From Anthoceros angustus (taxonomy: Eukaryota; Plantae; Anthocerotophyta): 64,000 nucleotides of DNA. The position numbers and the translations under genes are program-made. The stretch covers positions 1 through 64,000 of the forward strand of contig MU008164.1 of the NCBI GenBank assembly GCA_010909165.1. The letters are read 5' to 3'. The number at the start of each line of letters is the position of its first letter. Position 1 is the stretch's first letter. The notes below the pieces were generated by a model that was not told the origin of the DNA, did not search any database, and worked only from the letters and a program-made list of their open reading frames with translations. Of this stretch, positions 62,842 to 64,000 are shown one piece after another.

Positions 62842-64000
62842 ATGGAGTCACTTGGATTGCTCGTTTCCCCTACTTGCTCGGTAGCAAGGGTTTCTGAATC
62901 TCTCTGGGGTCACAGGAAGGGATGGGAGGTCTCCCTTGGGTACAAGATGTGCCCGTGTGCACTCACAGTGACTGGTGGTGTGACAGGACTGAAGGAGTCT
63001 CTCTCAGTTGGGACATCAATCTCTGCCACCTTGTCCGCTGTGAGTGGTGGTGGGTCAAGGAGGGATCAGTTGGACTATTTTAGCTCAGGTGGTGGCAGCG
63101 ATGATGAGAGTGAGCTGCGAGAAGTTGTCAGTGGCGGACCCAGTTACTGTATAGAAGAAGATGCACGACGCATGCTGGAATGGCCTGTTGTTTGTGCTCA
63201 GGTTGCACAATTTGCGGCCACATCTGTGGGAGTGTCTATTGCGAGTAGTGGCAGGCTTACGATTGGCAAGACACGGAAAGAGAGTGAAGAGCTGTTGCAG
63301 CAAACAGCAGCTGCAGCTTCGCTCACTAATCAGCTGGACTTTTCAGGCATAGAGGATTTGCAAGATGTATTTGCAGATGTTATGGATGGGAATGTGTGCA
63401 GGGCACAAGACCTTTGTCGTGTCAGACGATCACTCTCTGCTGCACATCGACTGTACAACACGTTGCAGGAGCAAACTGGGCTACCTGTGGCTCCATTGCA
63501 AGCCATTCTGGCAGGCTGTAATCCTTGTACAGAATTAGAGAAGGACATTGAGTTTTGCATTGACTGCAGCTTTGCCACTGTGCTAGACCAGGCAAGTCCT
63601 TCTCTAGCATCAGCACGTCGCAGCAGGCAGGATAACATGAAGTTGCTCGAGTCTAGGCTGAAAGACACAGCTAATAAGATAGTGGATGCTGGAGGTATGG
63701 ACACCGCTTTGGTTACCAAGAGAAGGGCAAGATTGTGTGTTGCAGTGAGGGCATCACACAAATCACTCCTCCCTGGTGGGATTGTCCTTGATGTCAGTAA
63801 CACTGGGACCACCCTTTTCGTTGAACCAGACTTTGCTGTTCATCTCAACAATGCTGAAATGCAGCTTGCGGCAGCTGAAGAAGCTGAGGTAACTGCTGTG
63901 CTACGAAGGCTTTCCATTAAGCTGATCGATAAAGCAGAAGATATTTCCAGTTTATTGGAGCGGATCGTAGTTCTGGACCTGGCTTGTGCACGGGCTGCTC
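62842..64000 (+). CDS. MutS2: MutS2 protein, organellar type, N-terminal part (runs off the window)
   Basis: Open frame from ATG 62842: MLEWPVVCAQV, VLDQASPSL, VTKRRARLCVAVRASHK, DVSNTGTTLFVEP, LDLACARA. Confidence 0.93.
   Translation, partial: MESLGLLVSPTCSVARVSESLWGHRKGWEVSLGYKMCPCALTVTGGVTGLKESLSVGTSISATLSAVSGGGSRRDQLDYFSSGGGSDDESELREVVSGGPSYCIEEDARRMLEWPVVCAQVAQFAATSVGVSIASSGRLTIGKTRKESEELLQQTAAAASLTNQLDFSGIEDLQDVFADVMDGNVCRAQDLCRVRRSLSAAHRLYNTLQEQTGLPVAPLQAILAGCNPCTELEKDIEFCIDCSFATVLDQASPSLASARRSRQDNMKLLESRLKDTANKIVDAGGMDTALVTKRRARLCVAVRASHKSLLPGGIVLDVSNTGTTLFVEPDFAVHLNNAEMQLAAAEEAEVTAVLRRLSIKLIDKAEDISSLLERIVVLDLACARAA

Noticed and set aside
63330-63812. 160-aa minus-strand ORF
   Set aside because: Antisense shadow of MutS2.

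Overview
Eukaryotic, land-plant nuclear DNA. The short (about 70-160 bp) introns, compact genes and a retained cyanobacterial-type DUF1825 gene suggest a non-seed plant such as a hornwort, other bryophyte or lycophyte (inference). Bases 1-39 kb are a nested transposon island. It holds the 3' end of an LTR element with accessory ORFs, Ty1/copia element A (4897-22279) containing copia element B (11147-19857, TSD CTTAT) and a CACTA fragment, and a Sola1-like DDE transposon with a ~144-bp palindrome/splice-site array. A Harbinger transposase, a (TAA)n-tailed SINE-like element and an older relative of B (element C) follow. Bases 39-64 kb hold five host genes: a DUF1825 protein, plastid phosphatidate cytidylyltransferase, a VOC/glyoxalase-like protein, V-ATPase subunit c and MutS2 (partial). 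They are interleaved with a Tc1/mariner MITE, CRE- and L1-type LINE fragments, a non-autonomous CACTA element and a NifU fragment. The most interesting observations are (1) a spliced, CxxC-containing antisense gene conserved in copia elements B and C, plus an extra ORF upstream of gag, (2) copia A LTRs apparently ending AG...CT rather than TG...CA, and (3) the Sola array carrying 7 perfect 5' splice sites. Caveat: the young repeats are full of small indels at CAG/CTG and of microhomology-joined duplications. These are probably long-read or polishing artefacts, so reading frames inside TEs are reconstructions by eye.
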